Shown: positions 19,207 to 29,640, numbered from the stretch's first letter. The stretch: DNA of 57,699 bases from Candidatus Aminicenantes bacterium (GCA_002877915.1 PNJE01000079.1:1-57699); one strand, 5' to 3'. Notes: generated by a model not told the origin, from the sequence alone. A program made the numbers and translations.

Positions 19207-20193
19207 TCAACAGATGCGCGGCAGCAATTCGGTAGTTAGAGGTTCCAGTAATCTAAGGCCACCAGTTGTTGTTCTAAGTAAAGCTTCTCCTTTTTTGCCT
19301 ATCTTGTCTTGAACCTCACCAATAATGGCCGCCCCTTTCCCTAACCGGTTTCTTTTAATAATTTTAAGTAACGACTCAGCCTGCTTTTCTGGTACAACCA
19401 ACAGAGCCCGCCCTTCGCAGGCTAAATACAGCGGGTCAATACCCAGGATTTCTACTGCGCCTTGCAGCCTGGATGACAAGGGAATGTTAGCTTCTTCCAC
19501 CAGAATTGGGTAATTTATTTTTTCTGAAAGTTCTGAAAGAACCGTCGCCAGGCCGCCTCGAGTGATATCTCTCATCCAGAGCACTCCTTTTTTCCACAGC
19601 GGCAGAAGAAAGAGGAGAGGAGCACAATCGCTTTTGGCTCCAGAAAACATCCTGAAATCATTCCGGGCCAGCATGATAGCCAATCCGTGTTCGCCAATTG
19701 AGCCAGTGACGATTAATTTATCTCCTGGCTTGATTTTTTCTGGATGGGGCTTTCCTATCAGGTGACCCAGCCCGGCCGTATTAATGAAAATCTGGTCGCC
19801 CTGCCCCTGGGGGACAACTTTGGTATCGCCGGTGACGATGCGAACCGAACTCTGAGCCGCTGTCCTTTTGATAGATTTTAAAACTCTTTCCAGCGATTCA
19901 AATTCCAGTCCCTCTTCTATGATAAGCGCCAGGGATAAATATTCAGGTTTAGCCCCCGAAACTACCAGGTCATTTATTGTGCCATTGACGCAGAGTGTAC
20001 CGATATCTCCCCCTGGAAAGAAAATCGGGTCAACTGTATAGGAATCGGTAGTAAAAGCCAGATTACCAGGCAAAAAGGCAGAATCATGCAGTTCGTTAAG
20101 AATGGGGTTATTAAAAGTCGGCAATAATTTTTGGGCGATGAAGTCCCTCATTAATTTCCCGCCGCTCCCCATTTCCAAGTTGACCTTGTTCAT
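19207..20193 (-). CDS. hypE: [NiFe]-hydrogenase maturation carbamoyl dehydratase HypE
   Basis: GSGG N-terminus, TTDSYTVDPIFFPGGDIG, DITRGG and C-terminal PRIC; start MNKVNL at 20193. Confidence 0.95.
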   Translation of the reverse strand: MNKVNLEMGSGGKLMRDFIAQKLLPTFNNPILNELHDSAFLPGNLAFTTDSYTVDPIFFPGGDIGTLCVNGTINDLVVSGAKPEYLSLALIIEEGLEFESLERVLKSIKRTAAQSSVRIVTGDTKVVPQGQGDQIFINTAGLGHLIGKPHPEKIKPGDKLIVTGSIGEHGLAIMLARNDFRMFSGAKSDCAPLLFLLPLWKKGVLWMRDITRGGLATVLSELSEKINYPILVEEANIPLSSRLQGAVEILGIDPLYLACEGRALLVVPEKQAESLLKIIKRNRLGKGAAIIGEVQDKIGKKGEALLRTTTGGLRLLEPLTTELLPRIC

Positions 20194-20194
20194 C

Positions 20195-21331
20195 TTATTT
20201 CGCGACTCCTGATGAATATTTAAATTCAATAAGGCAGGCTCCTTCATAAGAAACCATACATGGACCTTTGGGGCTGTCTGGACGACAAGACCGGCCAAAC
20301 AGAGGGCAGTCTCGAGGTGTGATTAATCCTTTAAGAACATCTCCGCAGCGACAGCCAGAAGCAATTATTTTTACCGGGGCAAGCTTTAATCCATAACGTC
20401 TGGTGGCATCAAATTGAGAGTAAGCAGATTTTAATTTCAATCCGCTCTTGGGAATAATTCCTAACCCGCGCCAATCGACATCCGCCTCCTCCAGCATCTC
20501 ATCCATTAGAGATAGTGCTTCGGGATTCCCTTCTGCTCTGACGACCCTCCGGTAGACGTTATCCACCTCTGGTTTTTTTCTCCGTAGCTGTCCGGCAACT
20601 GAAAGTACGCCTAACAGAATATCAGTCGGTTCAAACCCGGCTATAGCCCCCGGCAATCCATATTTCCGGGCGACAAAAGCATAAGGCTGTTCACCAATTA
20701 TCGCACTAACATGTCCGGGGTAGATGAATCCAGAAATGGCTAATTCCTTGGAATTAATCAAGGCTTCGAGGGCTGGTGGGATTAACCAGAAAGCTGCCAG
20801 AATGGAATAGTTTTTTAATTTTTCCTGGTAAGCTCTTTTTACAGTGAAAGTAATTGCTGGGATGGTGGTTTCAAAGCCGGCCCCAAAAAAAATTACTTCT
20901 TTTTCTGGATTTTCCCTGGCTATTTCCAGCGCCTCTTCTGGGGAATAAACAATTTTAATTTTTGAGCCTTCTTTGGGGACAAAAGTTTGAAGGGAACCTT
21001 TTCTGGTCGGCACTCGAGTCATATCCCCAAAAGTGCAAACAATAATATTATTTTTTTCAGCCAGGAGATTAATTATCGCCTCGTGATAATAATCAGGAGT
21101 AATACAAACCGGGCAGCCTGGCCCGGAGATCATCTCGACCCCGACCTCCTCAAGCTGCGGCTTTAAACCGTAGCGATGGAGGGTCATCGTATGAGTGCCG
21201 CAGACCTCCATTAATTTTATCGGCCTGTTTAGATAGTCAGTCTCGAGGGCGATAGATTCAAGCAGTTTTTCAACGGTGCCTTTAGAGCGCCAGCCAGATG
21301 ATGGCAGTTTTTTGGATTTTTCTAAAACCAT
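20195..21331 (-). CDS. hypD: Hydrogenase maturation protein HypD
   Basis: CGTHT, GPGCPVC, GFETT, PGHVS, and C-terminal Fe-S cysteines (CPLFG...GPCMVS.EGAC). Confidence 0.96.
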   Translation of the reverse strand: MVLEKSKKLPSSGWRSKGTVEKLLESIALETDYLNRPIKLMEVCGTHTMTLHRYGLKPQLEEVGVEMISGPGCPVCITPDYYHEAIINLLAEKNNIIVCTFGDMTRVPTRKGSLQTFVPKEGSKIKIVYSPEEALEIARENPEKEVIFFGAGFETTIPAITFTVKRAYQEKLKNYSILAAFWLIPPALEALINSKELAISGFIYPGHVSAIIGEQPYAFVARKYGLPGAIAGFEPTDILLGVLSVAGQLRRKKPEVDNVYRRVVRAEGNPEALSLMDEMLEEADVDWRGLGIIPKSGLKLKSAYSQFDATRRYGLKLAPVKIIASGCRCGDVLKGLITPRDCPLFGRSCRPDSPKGPCMVSYEGACLIEFKYSSGVAK

Positions 21332-21347
21332 GGGATTAATCAGTTAA

Positions 21348-21575
21348 TCAGGTGGAAGATAATTTTTCCATTTCTTTAAAAAGCTTCAGGGTCTTTTTGG
21401 CCTCCTTCTGATCCAGCTTGGAGATGGCGAAGCCGGCATGAACAATGACCCAATCTCCCACCTTCAGGTCGGGAAGAAGCGAAAAGTTAGCCACAACCGT
21501 GCTTCCCATATAATTAACTTTTCCCGTTCCGTTATTTTCTAAGCTGATTACCTTGCCCGGAATGGCTAAGCACAT
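21348..21575 (-). CDS. hypC: Hydrogenase maturation chaperone HypC
   Basis: MCLAIPG start with GGAGG SD; VGDWVIVHAGFA. Confidence 0.95.
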   Translation of the reverse strand: MCLAIPGKVISLENNGTGKVNYMGSTVVANFSLLPDLKVGDWVIVHAGFAISKLDQKEAKKTLKLFKEMEKLSST

Positions 21576-21636
21576 CTTTTCCTCCAGATTGCCAGAATAC
21601 CAGAAGAAGGCTTTTCTGTCCAGAGATTGAGGCTTT

Positions 21637-21665
21637 TTGACAATTTCCCTTAGCCTCCTTATAAT
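21637..21665 (+). promoter_or_regulatory. Perfect consensus sigma70 promoter for the uppS operon
   Basis: TTGACA(21637-42)-17 nt-TATAAT(21660-65). Confidence 0.8.
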
Positions 21666-21672
21666 GTTTTTC

Positions 21673-22443
21673 ATGTTTGACACCCTTGAGGGATATATTC
21701 AACCTGGAACTGAAGAAGAAGCTCTGGTGAAGCAGATAGATTTTTCCAAATTGCCTGTTCATCTGGCCATTATCATGGATGGTAATGGCCGCTGGGCCAG
21801 AAAAAGGAATCTCCCGCGAACTGAAGGCCACAAAGCTGGGACTGAATCGGTGAAAGAGGTAATTGAAGCCTCAGCCAGACTGGGTTTGAAATATTTGACC
21901 CTCTATGCTTTTTCCAGGGAAAACTGGAAAAGGCCGAAAGAGGAAGTAAATACCCTCTGGAATCTGTTGAAAGAATACTTAGGGAGAGATAGCAAAATTT
22001 TGATAGATAATAATTTGAAATTGAAAGTAATTGGCGAAAAAAAAGGGATTCCTTATTTTGTCAGGAGAGAACTTAACAGAGTGGAGAGATTGACCAGAAA
22101 TAACGAACGGATGACCGTTATCCTGGCCCTGAATTACGGCGGCCGGCAGGAAATTATTGAAACGGTCAAAAAGCTTTTAAAAAGAAAATTCTCCCCTGAA
22201 GAAATAAATGAAGAAATTTTTTCCCGATACCTGGATACTGCTGGGCTACCTGACCCAGACCTTCTGATCAGGACGAGCGGTGAGATGCGGCTTTCTAATT
22301 TTTTGCTTTGGCAGTGCGCCTATACCGAACTATGGATAACCCCAACCCTCTGGCCTGATTTTAGAAAAAAAGAACTTTTCCAAGCCATAATTGAATATCA
22401 GAAAAGAGAAAGAAGGTTTGGAGGTCTGGATACTCAAGCCTAA
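21673..22443 (+). CDS. uppS: Undecaprenyl diphosphate synthase
   Basis: HLAIIMDGNGRWA, YAFSRENWKRP, NYGGRQE and IRTSGEMRLSNFLLWQ; start placed at ATG 21673, downstream of the promoter. Confidence 0.96.
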   Translation: MFDTLEGYIQPGTEEEALVKQIDFSKLPVHLAIIMDGNGRWARKRNLPRTEGHKAGTESVKEVIEASARLGLKYLTLYAFSRENWKRPKEEVNTLWNLLKEYLGRDSKILIDNNLKLKVIGEKKGIPYFVRRELNRVERLTRNNERMTVILALNYGGRQEIIETVKKLLKRKFSPEEINEEIFSRYLDTAGLPDPDLLIRTSGEMRLSNFLLWQCAYTELWITPTLWPDFRKKELFQAIIEYQKRERRFGGLDTQA

Positions 22444-22459
22444 GAAGAAGGTAACTAAT

Positions 22460-23269
22460 ATGAGTATGAAGCAGAGGACAAAGACCGCCCTGATTTTAAT
22501 TGGCGTTTTATTTCCGGTAATTCAATTTGCTCCGGCCTGGATTTTTTTTCTATTGCTTCAGGTGGTAATTATCGGCGGGCTGTTGGAGTTTTATAATTTA
22601 AGCAATAAAAGGAAATTCTATCCCAAAAAGTTGTTGGGCTGCCTTTTTGCCTTAATTGTTGGGGGGACGTTTTACTTCGATCAATTCCCATTCCTTTTAG
22701 GGTTTACCCTTATTACTATGATTACCTTTGTCTATTTTGTGGTTGATACCAATTCGCTGGAAAAGCTGGCTCTTTTTCCCGGGTCCTTTAGCCTGACAGT
22801 AGCCGGGGTTGTTTATGTTAGTCTGACAATGAATTTTCTTTACTGGATAAGGCGGGATTTTGGAGTTTTATGGCTTTATCTGCTATTTACCGTCATTTTT
22901 TTAGGAGATACCGGTGCTTATCTGATCGGTAAAGCCTGGGGACGACGGAAAATGACTCCAATTGCCAGCCCCAATAAAACTTGGGAAGGAGCGGTCGCTG
23001 GGATAGTCTGGGCGGTTTTCGGCGGATGGTTGGCTCGAACAGTTTTGCTCCCTCGGTTCCCTTGGTTAGAAATAATGGTGATTAGTGCTTTTGTCCATGC
23101 GGCTGCCCAGGTGGCTGATCCTCTGGAATCGCTTTTTAAAAGAGCGGCCGGAGTGAAGGATTCCTCCAATTTAATCCCAGGACATGGGGGAATCCTCGAT
23201 CGAATCGACAGCTTTACCTTGGCTTCTCCTGTTTTTTATTATCTGATGAAGCTCTTGATTATGAAATAA
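22460..23269 (+). CDS. cdsA: Phosphatidate cytidylyltransferase
   Basis: DTGAY, SPNKTWEG and ESLFKRAAGVKDSSNLIPGHGGILDRIDS. Confidence 0.95.
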   Translation: MSMKQRTKTALILIGVLFPVIQFAPAWIFFLLLQVVIIGGLLEFYNLSNKRKFYPKKLLGCLFALIVGGTFYFDQFPFLLGFTLITMITFVYFVVDTNSLEKLALFPGSFSLTVAGVVYVSLTMNFLYWIRRDFGVLWLYLLFTVIFLGDTGAYLIGKAWGRRKMTPIASPNKTWEGAVAGIVWAVFGGWLARTVLLPRFPWLEIMVISAFVHAAAQVADPLESLFKRAAGVKDSSNLIPGHGGILDRIDSFTLASPVFYYLMKLLIMK

Positions 23270-23276
23270 AATTTAA

Positions 23277-24473
23277 TTGAAAATGATGATGAGAATTTCT
23301 GAACTTAAAAAAGCTATTGTCATCTTAGGCAGTACTGGCTCTATTGGTCGGAATACCCTGGAAATAATCCGTCATCATCCTGATAAATTTAAAATCCTGG
23401 CCCTAACTGCCGGAAAAAATACCGCCTTGCTTTCCGAGCAGATAAAAGAGTTCCATCCTTTAATGGTAGCAGTAGAAGCAGAAAAAGAGGCCGAGAAACT
23501 GAGAAGAGAATTCTCTCGTTACGGGGTTAAAGTTTTATCAGGTGGAAATGGTCTTGAGACAGTCGCTTCACTAAAGCAAGCTGACTTGGTAGTCTCAGCC
23601 ATAACCGGTATTGCTGGCCTTAGACCGACTTATGTCGCTCTGGAGCAGGGAATAGATGTCGCCCTGGCGAATAAAGAATCAATGGTGGTGGCGGGAAGTT
23701 TCCTTAAGAAAATTGCGGCCAGAACAGGAGCCAGAATTATTCCAGTTGATAGCGAACATTCTGGCGTTTTTCAATGCCTAAATGGGAGGAAAAAGAGATC
23801 TATAAGCCGAATTTTCTTGACTGCCTCTGGGGGACCATTTCTCAAAATCCCGATTAAGGAACTGGCAGAAAAAAGTCTGGCCGATGCTCTCCAGCATCCT
23901 CGCTGGAAAATGGGAAAGAAAATTACTATTGATTCCGCTACCCTGATGAATAAAGGGCTGGAGTTAATTGAAGCCCGATGGCTATTTGATTTAAAGCCGT
24001 CCGAACTTCAGGTAATCATCCATCCCCAGAGCATTGTCCATGCTCTGGTGGAGTTCAAAGATGGGTCAATCCTGGCTCAGTTAAGTCAGACTGATATGAG
24101 AATCCCGATTCAATATGCCCTTAGTTATCCAGAAAGACTGTCTTCTCCGCTGCCAGCTCTGGATTTGACTTCGGTTCAAAATCTGGAATTCTATCCAGTG
24201 GATGAAAAAAGATACCCGCTTTTCAACCTCGCTCGAAGGGTCCTGGAAGCTCAGCCGAGCTTTTCTGTCGTGCTGAATGCAGCTAATGAAATAGCGGTCG
24301 AGGCCTTTTTAGAAGAAAAAATAAGCTTTGGCCAGATCTATTCGGTGGTTGATCATTGCCTTCAAGAACATCGGGTGGTTCGCCTGAGTTGCCTGGAAGA
24401 TGTTTTTATTCTTGATGAAGAAGTCAGAAATCAGGCTCGTCAATATCTAAAACTGAAGGGAAAAGAAAAATGA
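23277..24473 (+). CDS. dxr: 1-deoxy-D-xylulose-5-phosphate reductoisomerase
   Basis: LGSTGSIG, LANKES, PVDSEH, TASGGPF and HPRWKMGKKITIDSATLMNKGLE. Confidence 0.97.
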   Translation: MKMMMRISELKKAIVILGSTGSIGRNTLEIIRHHPDKFKILALTAGKNTALLSEQIKEFHPLMVAVEAEKEAEKLRREFSRYGVKVLSGGNGLETVASLKQADLVVSAITGIAGLRPTYVALEQGIDVALANKESMVVAGSFLKKIAARTGARIIPVDSEHSGVFQCLNGRKKRSISRIFLTASGGPFLKIPIKELAEKSLADALQHPRWKMGKKITIDSATLMNKGLELIEARWLFDLKPSELQVIIHPQSIVHALVEFKDGSILAQLSQTDMRIPIQYALSYPERLSSPLPALDLTSVQNLEFYPVDEKRYPLFNLARRVLEAQPSFSVVLNAANEIAVEAFLEEKISFGQIYSVVDHCLQEHRVVRLSCLEDVFILDEEVRNQARQYLKLKGKEK

Positions 24474-25798
24474 CTATTCTGGGAACAATCGTTGCCTTTT
24501 TAATTGTCTTTGGCGTTCTGGTGTTCATTCATGAGTTTGGCCATTTTTTTGTAGCCAAGTTGGTTGGAGTCAGAGTTGAGGCTTTTTCTTTTGGCTATGG
24601 GAAAAGGCTAATCGGCTTTAAGAAGGGAGGGACAGATTATCGAATCAGCCTTATTCCAATGGGTGGGTACGTCAAGTTATTGGGAGAAGGGATGTTTGAA
24701 AAAGACCGTCCGCTTTCTCCTGACGACTTTATGGCTAAAACTCGCTGGGAAAGATTTTTGATTTTGGTTATGGGCTCGGTTATGAACATTATTCTGGCGA
24801 TTGTTCTGGTAGCTGTCATTAATATGGCTGGGGTAACTGTGCCGGAATATCAGGATCAAACTCCTGTTATCGGCTATATTGATCCTGGTTCGCCAGCGGA
24901 GAAAGCCGGACTTATGATTGACGATCAAATATTAAAAATAAATGGTCAGACAGTAAAAACTTGGCATGATGTGGAAATTGCTGTTGGTTCTAAGCCAGAC
25001 CGTTTAATCACTGTCGAAATTAAAAGGGGAGACCAGATTCTTCAGGTTCCCCTTAAAACTGATAAGGTAACCAAATATGAGATGGGCTATGCTGGCTTTC
25101 GAGCGAAGATTCTAACCCAGATTATGATGGTCAGCCCAGATTCGCCCGCAGAGAAAGCCGGGCTGAAACCTGGGGATGTCATTACAGCGGTTAATGGACA
25201 ACCGATTTTCTTTTATAACTTTGTCAAAAAAATAGAAGAAAATGCGGGAAAGCCCTTAGTGCTGGCAGTGGATCGCCAGGGCCAGCAATTAGAAGTAACA
25301 GTTGTTCCCAGAAAAGAAGGGAATGTCGGAAAGATTGGAATTCTTCAAGGCGCTAAGTCGGTTACCAGGAAATATAGTTTTTTCCCGGCTTTTGCCCAGA
25401 GCCTGAGAGAAAATACCCGCAATACCGTTTTGGTTATTAATTTTCTTGAGGATTTGTTTACCGGCCGAGCTTCCGCCCGGCAACTTGGTGGACCTCTTGA
25501 GATTGCCAGCTTTTCTTATGCTGCCATGAAGATGGGCTTTTTGGCCATGCTCAGCTGGATTGCCATTATCAGCCTTCAACTGGGAATATTAAATCTCCTG
25601 CCAATCCCGGTATTCGATGGAGGACAAATATTCGTATTGATGATTGAAGGGATAATAAGGCGGGATTTGAGCCCGAAGATGAGAGAAATCTGGATGCAAA
25701 TTGGTTTTGTTATCTTTGTTTTTATCATTGTGTTTGTAATTTTAAACGATATTGCTAAGAAATTGCCCAGCGGGTGGAGAAGCTTTATTCCCTTCTAA
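24470..25798 (+). CDS. rseP: RIP metalloprotease RseP with two PDZ domains
   Basis: HEFGH, GGYVK, two 'SPAEKAGL..D' PDZ motifs and NLLPIPVFDGG. Confidence 0.95.
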   Translation: MTILGTIVAFLIVFGVLVFIHEFGHFFVAKLVGVRVEAFSFGYGKRLIGFKKGGTDYRISLIPMGGYVKLLGEGMFEKDRPLSPDDFMAKTRWERFLILVMGSVMNIILAIVLVAVINMAGVTVPEYQDQTPVIGYIDPGSPAEKAGLMIDDQILKINGQTVKTWHDVEIAVGSKPDRLITVEIKRGDQILQVPLKTDKVTKYEMGYAGFRAKILTQIMMVSPDSPAEKAGLKPGDVITAVNGQPIFFYNFVKKIEENAGKPLVLAVDRQGQQLEVTVVPRKEGNVGKIGILQGAKSVTRKYSFFPAFAQSLRENTRNTVLVINFLEDLFTGRASARQLGGPLEIASFSYAAMKMGFLAMLSWIAIISLQLGILNLLPIPVFDGGQIFVLMIEGIIRRDLSPKMREIWMQIGFVIFVFIIVFVILNDIAKKLPSGWRSFIPF

Positions 25799-25826
25799 TT
25801 TAGATAGATTAATCGAGCGGAAGTAA

Positions 25827-26936
25827 ATGAGTGAAATAAGAAGTTTTTTCCCGCGTCGCCAGACGAGAGTTATTCGGGTTGGTCAGGTAATAATAGGTGG
25901 TGGGGCACCGGTGGTAGTTCAATCAATGACCAAAACCAGGACCGCTGAGGTGAAAGCTACAGTCAGGCAAATTAAACGCCTGGAAAAAGCGGGCTGCCAG
26001 ATAGTCCGGGTGGCGGTACCAGAAGAAGACGATGCCCTGGCTATAAAGGAAATCAAAAAAAGAATTTCCATTCCGTTGATTGCCGATATTCATTTTAATC
26101 CTCGACTGGCGATAATCTCCTTGGAATCAGGAGCTGATGGCTTGAGAATAAATCCTGGTACTTTCGGTTCAAAAAGCAAGCTCAAAGAGGTGGCTAGCCT
26201 GGCCCAAGAAAGGAAAGTCCCCATCAGAGTTGGGATTAACTCCGGGTCTCTGGAAAAAGATTTACTTAGAAAATACGGGCAGGCTACCGCCGAGGCGATG
26301 GTAGAAAGTGCCTTGCGTCAGGTGCACCAGCTTGAGGATTTAGGGTTTTATGACCTCATAATATCGCTTAAGGCTTCGGATATTTTAAGAACCCTGGAGG
26401 CTTATCGGCTTTTAGCTAAGGAAGTTGATTATCCATTTCATGCCGGAATAACAGAGGCTGGACCATTACTTCGAGGAAGTATCAAATCGGCCACCGGGCT
26501 GGCGTTGCTTCTCCAAGAAGGTTTAGCTGACACTATCAGGGTATCTCTCACTGCCCCTCCGGAAAAAGAAGTGGAAGTGGCTTACGAGATTTTGAGGAGC
26601 TTAGGGTTGGCCCATCGAGGGATAAACTTGATTTCCTGTCCGGGGTGCGGTCGATGCGAGGTCAATTTAAGGGCAATTGTCTCAAAGGTAGAAAGAGAAA
26701 TTTCTGGGCTTGAGGCTGATTTAACGGTAGCGGTAATGGGTTGCCCGGTCAACGGACCTGGAGAGGCTAAGGAAGCCCAGATAGGAGTGGCCTGTGGCCG
26801 CGGCGTAGGAGTAATTTTTAAAAAAGGCCAGGTCTGGAAAAAAGTTCAGGAAGAGAAAATTGTCGAAAGCCTCGTTCAAGAAGTTCGTGAAATGGCTGGA
26901 AAGGCAAAAAAGGGAAAAATTGACGCCGGAGCCTAA
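25827..26936 (+). CDS. ispG: HMBPP synthase IspG
   Basis: VQSMT, ADIHF, RINPG, NSGSL, SCPGCGR and MGCPVNGPGEA. Confidence 0.97.
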   Translation: MSEIRSFFPRRQTRVIRVGQVIIGGGAPVVVQSMTKTRTAEVKATVRQIKRLEKAGCQIVRVAVPEEDDALAIKEIKKRISIPLIADIHFNPRLAIISLESGADGLRINPGTFGSKSKLKEVASLAQERKVPIRVGINSGSLEKDLLRKYGQATAEAMVESALRQVHQLEDLGFYDLIISLKASDILRTLEAYRLLAKEVDYPFHAGITEAGPLLRGSIKSATGLALLLQEGLADTIRVSLTAPPEKEVEVAYEILRSLGLAHRGINLISCPGCGRCEVNLRAIVSKVEREISGLEADLTVAVMGCPVNGPGEAKEAQIGVACGRGVGVIFKKGQVWKKVQEEKIVESLVQEVREMAGKAKKGKIDAGA

Positions 26937-26957
26937 AATTTTCCAGGGAGAAATAGA

Positions 26958-27794
26958 ATGAATCATCAAGAAAAATCCGCTAAAAGGGCAATTCCGACTA
27001 AAATAGTAGGAAAATATCAGAAATTAAAAAAGATATTGAAATCCATGGGCAGTGTTTTGGTAGCTTTTTCTGGCGGGGTGGATAGTACTCTGCTTTTGTG
27101 GGCGGCGACTGAAGCCCTGGGGGACAGGGTGCTGGCGGTAACAGCCAGCTCTCCTCTCCATCCGCCCGAGGAAATCAAGGAAGCTAAGGAAATCGCCAGA
27201 AGGATAAAAGTAAAATATATGATAATCACCACCTCTGAGCTTCGCTCACCTGAATTTAAAAAGAACAACCGGCTGCGCTGTTATTATTGTAAGCAGATGT
27301 TATTTTCACAATTAAAAAAGGTTGCTCAGGAAAAAGGTCTGAATCAGGTGATTGAGGGCTCAAATCGGGATGATGAACTTGACTATCGACCGGGGAAAAA
27401 AGCTTTAGAAAAATTAGGAGTTCGCTCGCCACTTCAAGAAGCTGGATTAGGTAAAAACGAAATCAGAGAAATTGCCAGAGCCTTGGGTCTACCCAACTGG
27501 AATAAGCCCTCGATGGCCTGCCTGGCTTCCAGGATACCTTTTTATCAGCCATTAAAAATTGAGTTATTGGAAAAGATAGGCCAGGGAGAGAAATATCTGA
27601 AGAAGTTAGGCTTTTCCCAGGTAAGGTTGAGACACCATGGAGAAGTTGCCCGGATAGAGATAGAACCGCGGGAATTTTTTAAGTTGATGGATGAGCGAAA
27701 CCGAAAAAAAATAGCCCGGCGCTTGAAAACGCTTGGCTATAAGTATGTGACCATAGATTTAGAGGGCTATCGGACAGGGAGCCTCAATCCCTGA
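26958..27794 (+). CDS. larE: ATP-dependent sulfur transferase LarE (nickel-pincer nucleotide biosynthesis family)
   Basis: PP-loop AFSGGVDS, RCYYCK, DYRPG, CLASRIP, VRLRHH and GYRTGSLN. Confidence 0.9.
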   Translation: MNHQEKSAKRAIPTKIVGKYQKLKKILKSMGSVLVAFSGGVDSTLLLWAATEALGDRVLAVTASSPLHPPEEIKEAKEIARRIKVKYMIITTSELRSPEFKKNNRLRCYYCKQMLFSQLKKVAQEKGLNQVIEGSNRDDELDYRPGKKALEKLGVRSPLQEAGLGKNEIREIARALGLPNWNKPSMACLASRIPFYQPLKIELLEKIGQGEKYLKKLGFSQVRLRHHGEVARIEIEPREFFKLMDERNRKKIARRLKTLGYKYVTIDLEGYRTGSLNP

Positions 27795-27808
27795 TTTCTG
27801 AATATGAG

Positions 27809-28774
27809 TCAATTTCTTTCCACCAGATTGGGCGGCTTTTCTCCTCTTAAACCCGCCAGCAGATTTTGAATAGATAGGAAGCACATTTTCTTCCTGGTCT
27901 CAAAGGTAGCACTGCCGATATGGGGTAAGAGGATAACATTTTCCAGGGATAATAATTCCGGTTCTATTTCGGGTTCATTTTCATAAACATCCAGGCCAGC
28001 CGCCAATATTTTCCTTTTCTTTAAAGCTGCAGCCAAGGCTTTTTCATCAACAATTGGTCCCCGAGCCACATTTATCAGAATAGCGTTCGGTTTCAGCAAT
28101 CCGAGCTTCTCTCTGTCAATTAGGTGATAAGATTCAGGAGTAAGGGAAGCGTGAATACTGACAATATCGGCTTCAGGCAAAAGCAAATCAAGCGGCCTGA
28201 ATTCCACTCCGAGTTCCTTTTCTTTTTCTGAACTTAGAGGATTTAAATCATAATAAATGATTTTTAGGTTAAAAGCCTGAGCTCTTTTAGCGACCGCCTG
28301 CCCGATGCGACCAAAACCAATAATTCCCAGAGTTTTTCCAGATAGTTCCGGACCTAAAAATAAATCAATTTGCCATCCTTTGAATTTACCCTGCCGGCAG
28401 AAACGATCGGCGGCTGCTATTTGCCTGGCAGTAGCTAAAATCAGGGCTAAGGTCAGTTCAGCCGTGGCTCCAGTCAGAACGTCAGGAGTATTGGTCACCA
28501 GAATTCCTCGGCTTCTGGCATAATTTATATCTATATTATTTACGCCCACCGCACAGTTGGCTATTATTTTAAGGTTTGGAGCCTGGCTTATTACTTCCTT
28601 ATCAATCTGGTCGCTTAGAAAGCAGAGCAGGCCATCTTTATCTTTTAGCTTAGAAATTAATTCAGCTTTAGGGAGGAACGGTTCCTCAGTGGCCAATTCC
28701 AGATTAACCTGACCAGCCAGAAATTCCATGGCCTCTTTTAAAAGGGGGTGGGTTAATAAAACCTTAGGTTTCAT
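27809..28774 (-). CDS. D-2-hydroxyacid dehydrogenase (glyoxylate reductase/D-glycerate dehydrogenase-like)
   Basis: VTNTPDVLT, GIIGFGRIG, INVARG, GLDVYENEP and LPHIGSAT. Confidence 0.92.
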   Translation of the reverse strand: MKPKVLLTHPLLKEAMEFLAGQVNLELATEEPFLPKAELISKLKDKDGLLCFLSDQIDKEVISQAPNLKIIANCAVGVNNIDINYARSRGILVTNTPDVLTGATAELTLALILATARQIAAADRFCRQGKFKGWQIDLFLGPELSGKTLGIIGFGRIGQAVAKRAQAFNLKIIYYDLNPLSSEKEKELGVEFRPLDLLLPEADIVSIHASLTPESYHLIDREKLGLLKPNAILINVARGPIVDEKALAAALKKRKILAAGLDVYENEPEIEPELLSLENVILLPHIGSATFETRKKMCFLSIQNLLAGLRGEKPPNLVERN

Positions 28775-28822
28775 TGGGACCTCCTTAATTTTCCGCCATT
28801 TTTTCCGTCAGGCTAAATAAGG

Positions 28823-29545
28823 CTATATTAGATCCGAAAAAATCAGGGGATAAAAATATTTTTGGGTAGCTCTTTTAAGCTCTTTAATTCTCTCATTTTG
28901 AAGCCCGTTAACCCAGCCCTTCGGTGAGAGTTGGTCGCTAACAATGAACAGGCTGGCGCTTTTAATCCCATAGAATTCAGAAAAGGCCAGAACGGCAGAG
29001 GCTTCCATATCTACGGCCAGGATTCCTTTCGTCTGCATCTTCTTCCACCAGGCAAGAGTTTCTCTATAAGGAGCATCGGTAGAAACAATGGAGCCGCCTT
29101 GGTAGGTTAGATTTAGCTCTTGAAGAAATTTTTTTAGTTTCAAAAGAAATTGCTGGTCCGGGTAATAAAATTTGTTTTTTCTCTTTAGATAGTGTCCCGA
29201 GGTCCCTTCATCACTATAAGCTTTCTCAGGAATGAACGCCTGGCCTATATCAACAACCGGAGAAAGAGAGCCACAATAGCTTATCAAAATAATTTCTTCG
29301 AGCCCTAAAAGCCGGATTTTTTCCAGGGAATTAATGCTGGCAGGGGCTCCAATCGGGCCGTAAAGAACCGCTTTATTTTTAAGATAAAATAGCTGCGCAA
29401 AATGAAGTTTTCGAGCGTCGACAGTTGATTTTTTTATTTCAGCCACAATCTCTGGGAATGGCAAAAAGGGAATAAAAATTAATTTTCCACCTGGAATTAT
29501 CGGGGCTTTAAGTTGTGGTTTCACTATTGATTCTTGTTTTTTCAT
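28823..29545 (-). CDS. Nucleoside phosphorylase (PNP/UDP family)
   Basis: GPIGAPA, DEGTSGHY, STDAPYRET, VDMEASA and VSD; likely start MKKQES at 29545. Confidence 0.85.
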   Translation of the reverse strand: MKKQESIVKPQLKAPIIPGGKLIFIPFLPFPEIVAEIKKSTVDARKLHFAQLFYLKNKAVLYGPIGAPASINSLEKIRLLGLEEIILISYCGSLSPVVDIGQAFIPEKAYSDEGTSGHYLKRKNKFYYPDQQFLLKLKKFLQELNLTYQGGSIVSTDAPYRETLAWWKKMQTKGILAVDMEASAVLAFSEFYGIKSASLFIVSDQLSPKGWVNGLQNERIKELKRATQKYFYPLIFSDLI

Positions 29546-29611
29546 ATTTATTTTTGAAATTATCAGATTTTTATAGAAGTGGCAACCCCGCTTCATCTGG
29601 CTCCATTATCG

Positions 29612-29640
29612 TTTACAAAGTGGATAGTCTGACTTAAAAT
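29612..29640 (+). promoter_or_regulatory. Sigma70-type promoter for the ParB-like/SplB-like operon
   Basis: TTTACA-17 nt-TAAAAT, followed 7 nt later by ATG 29648. Confidence 0.6.
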
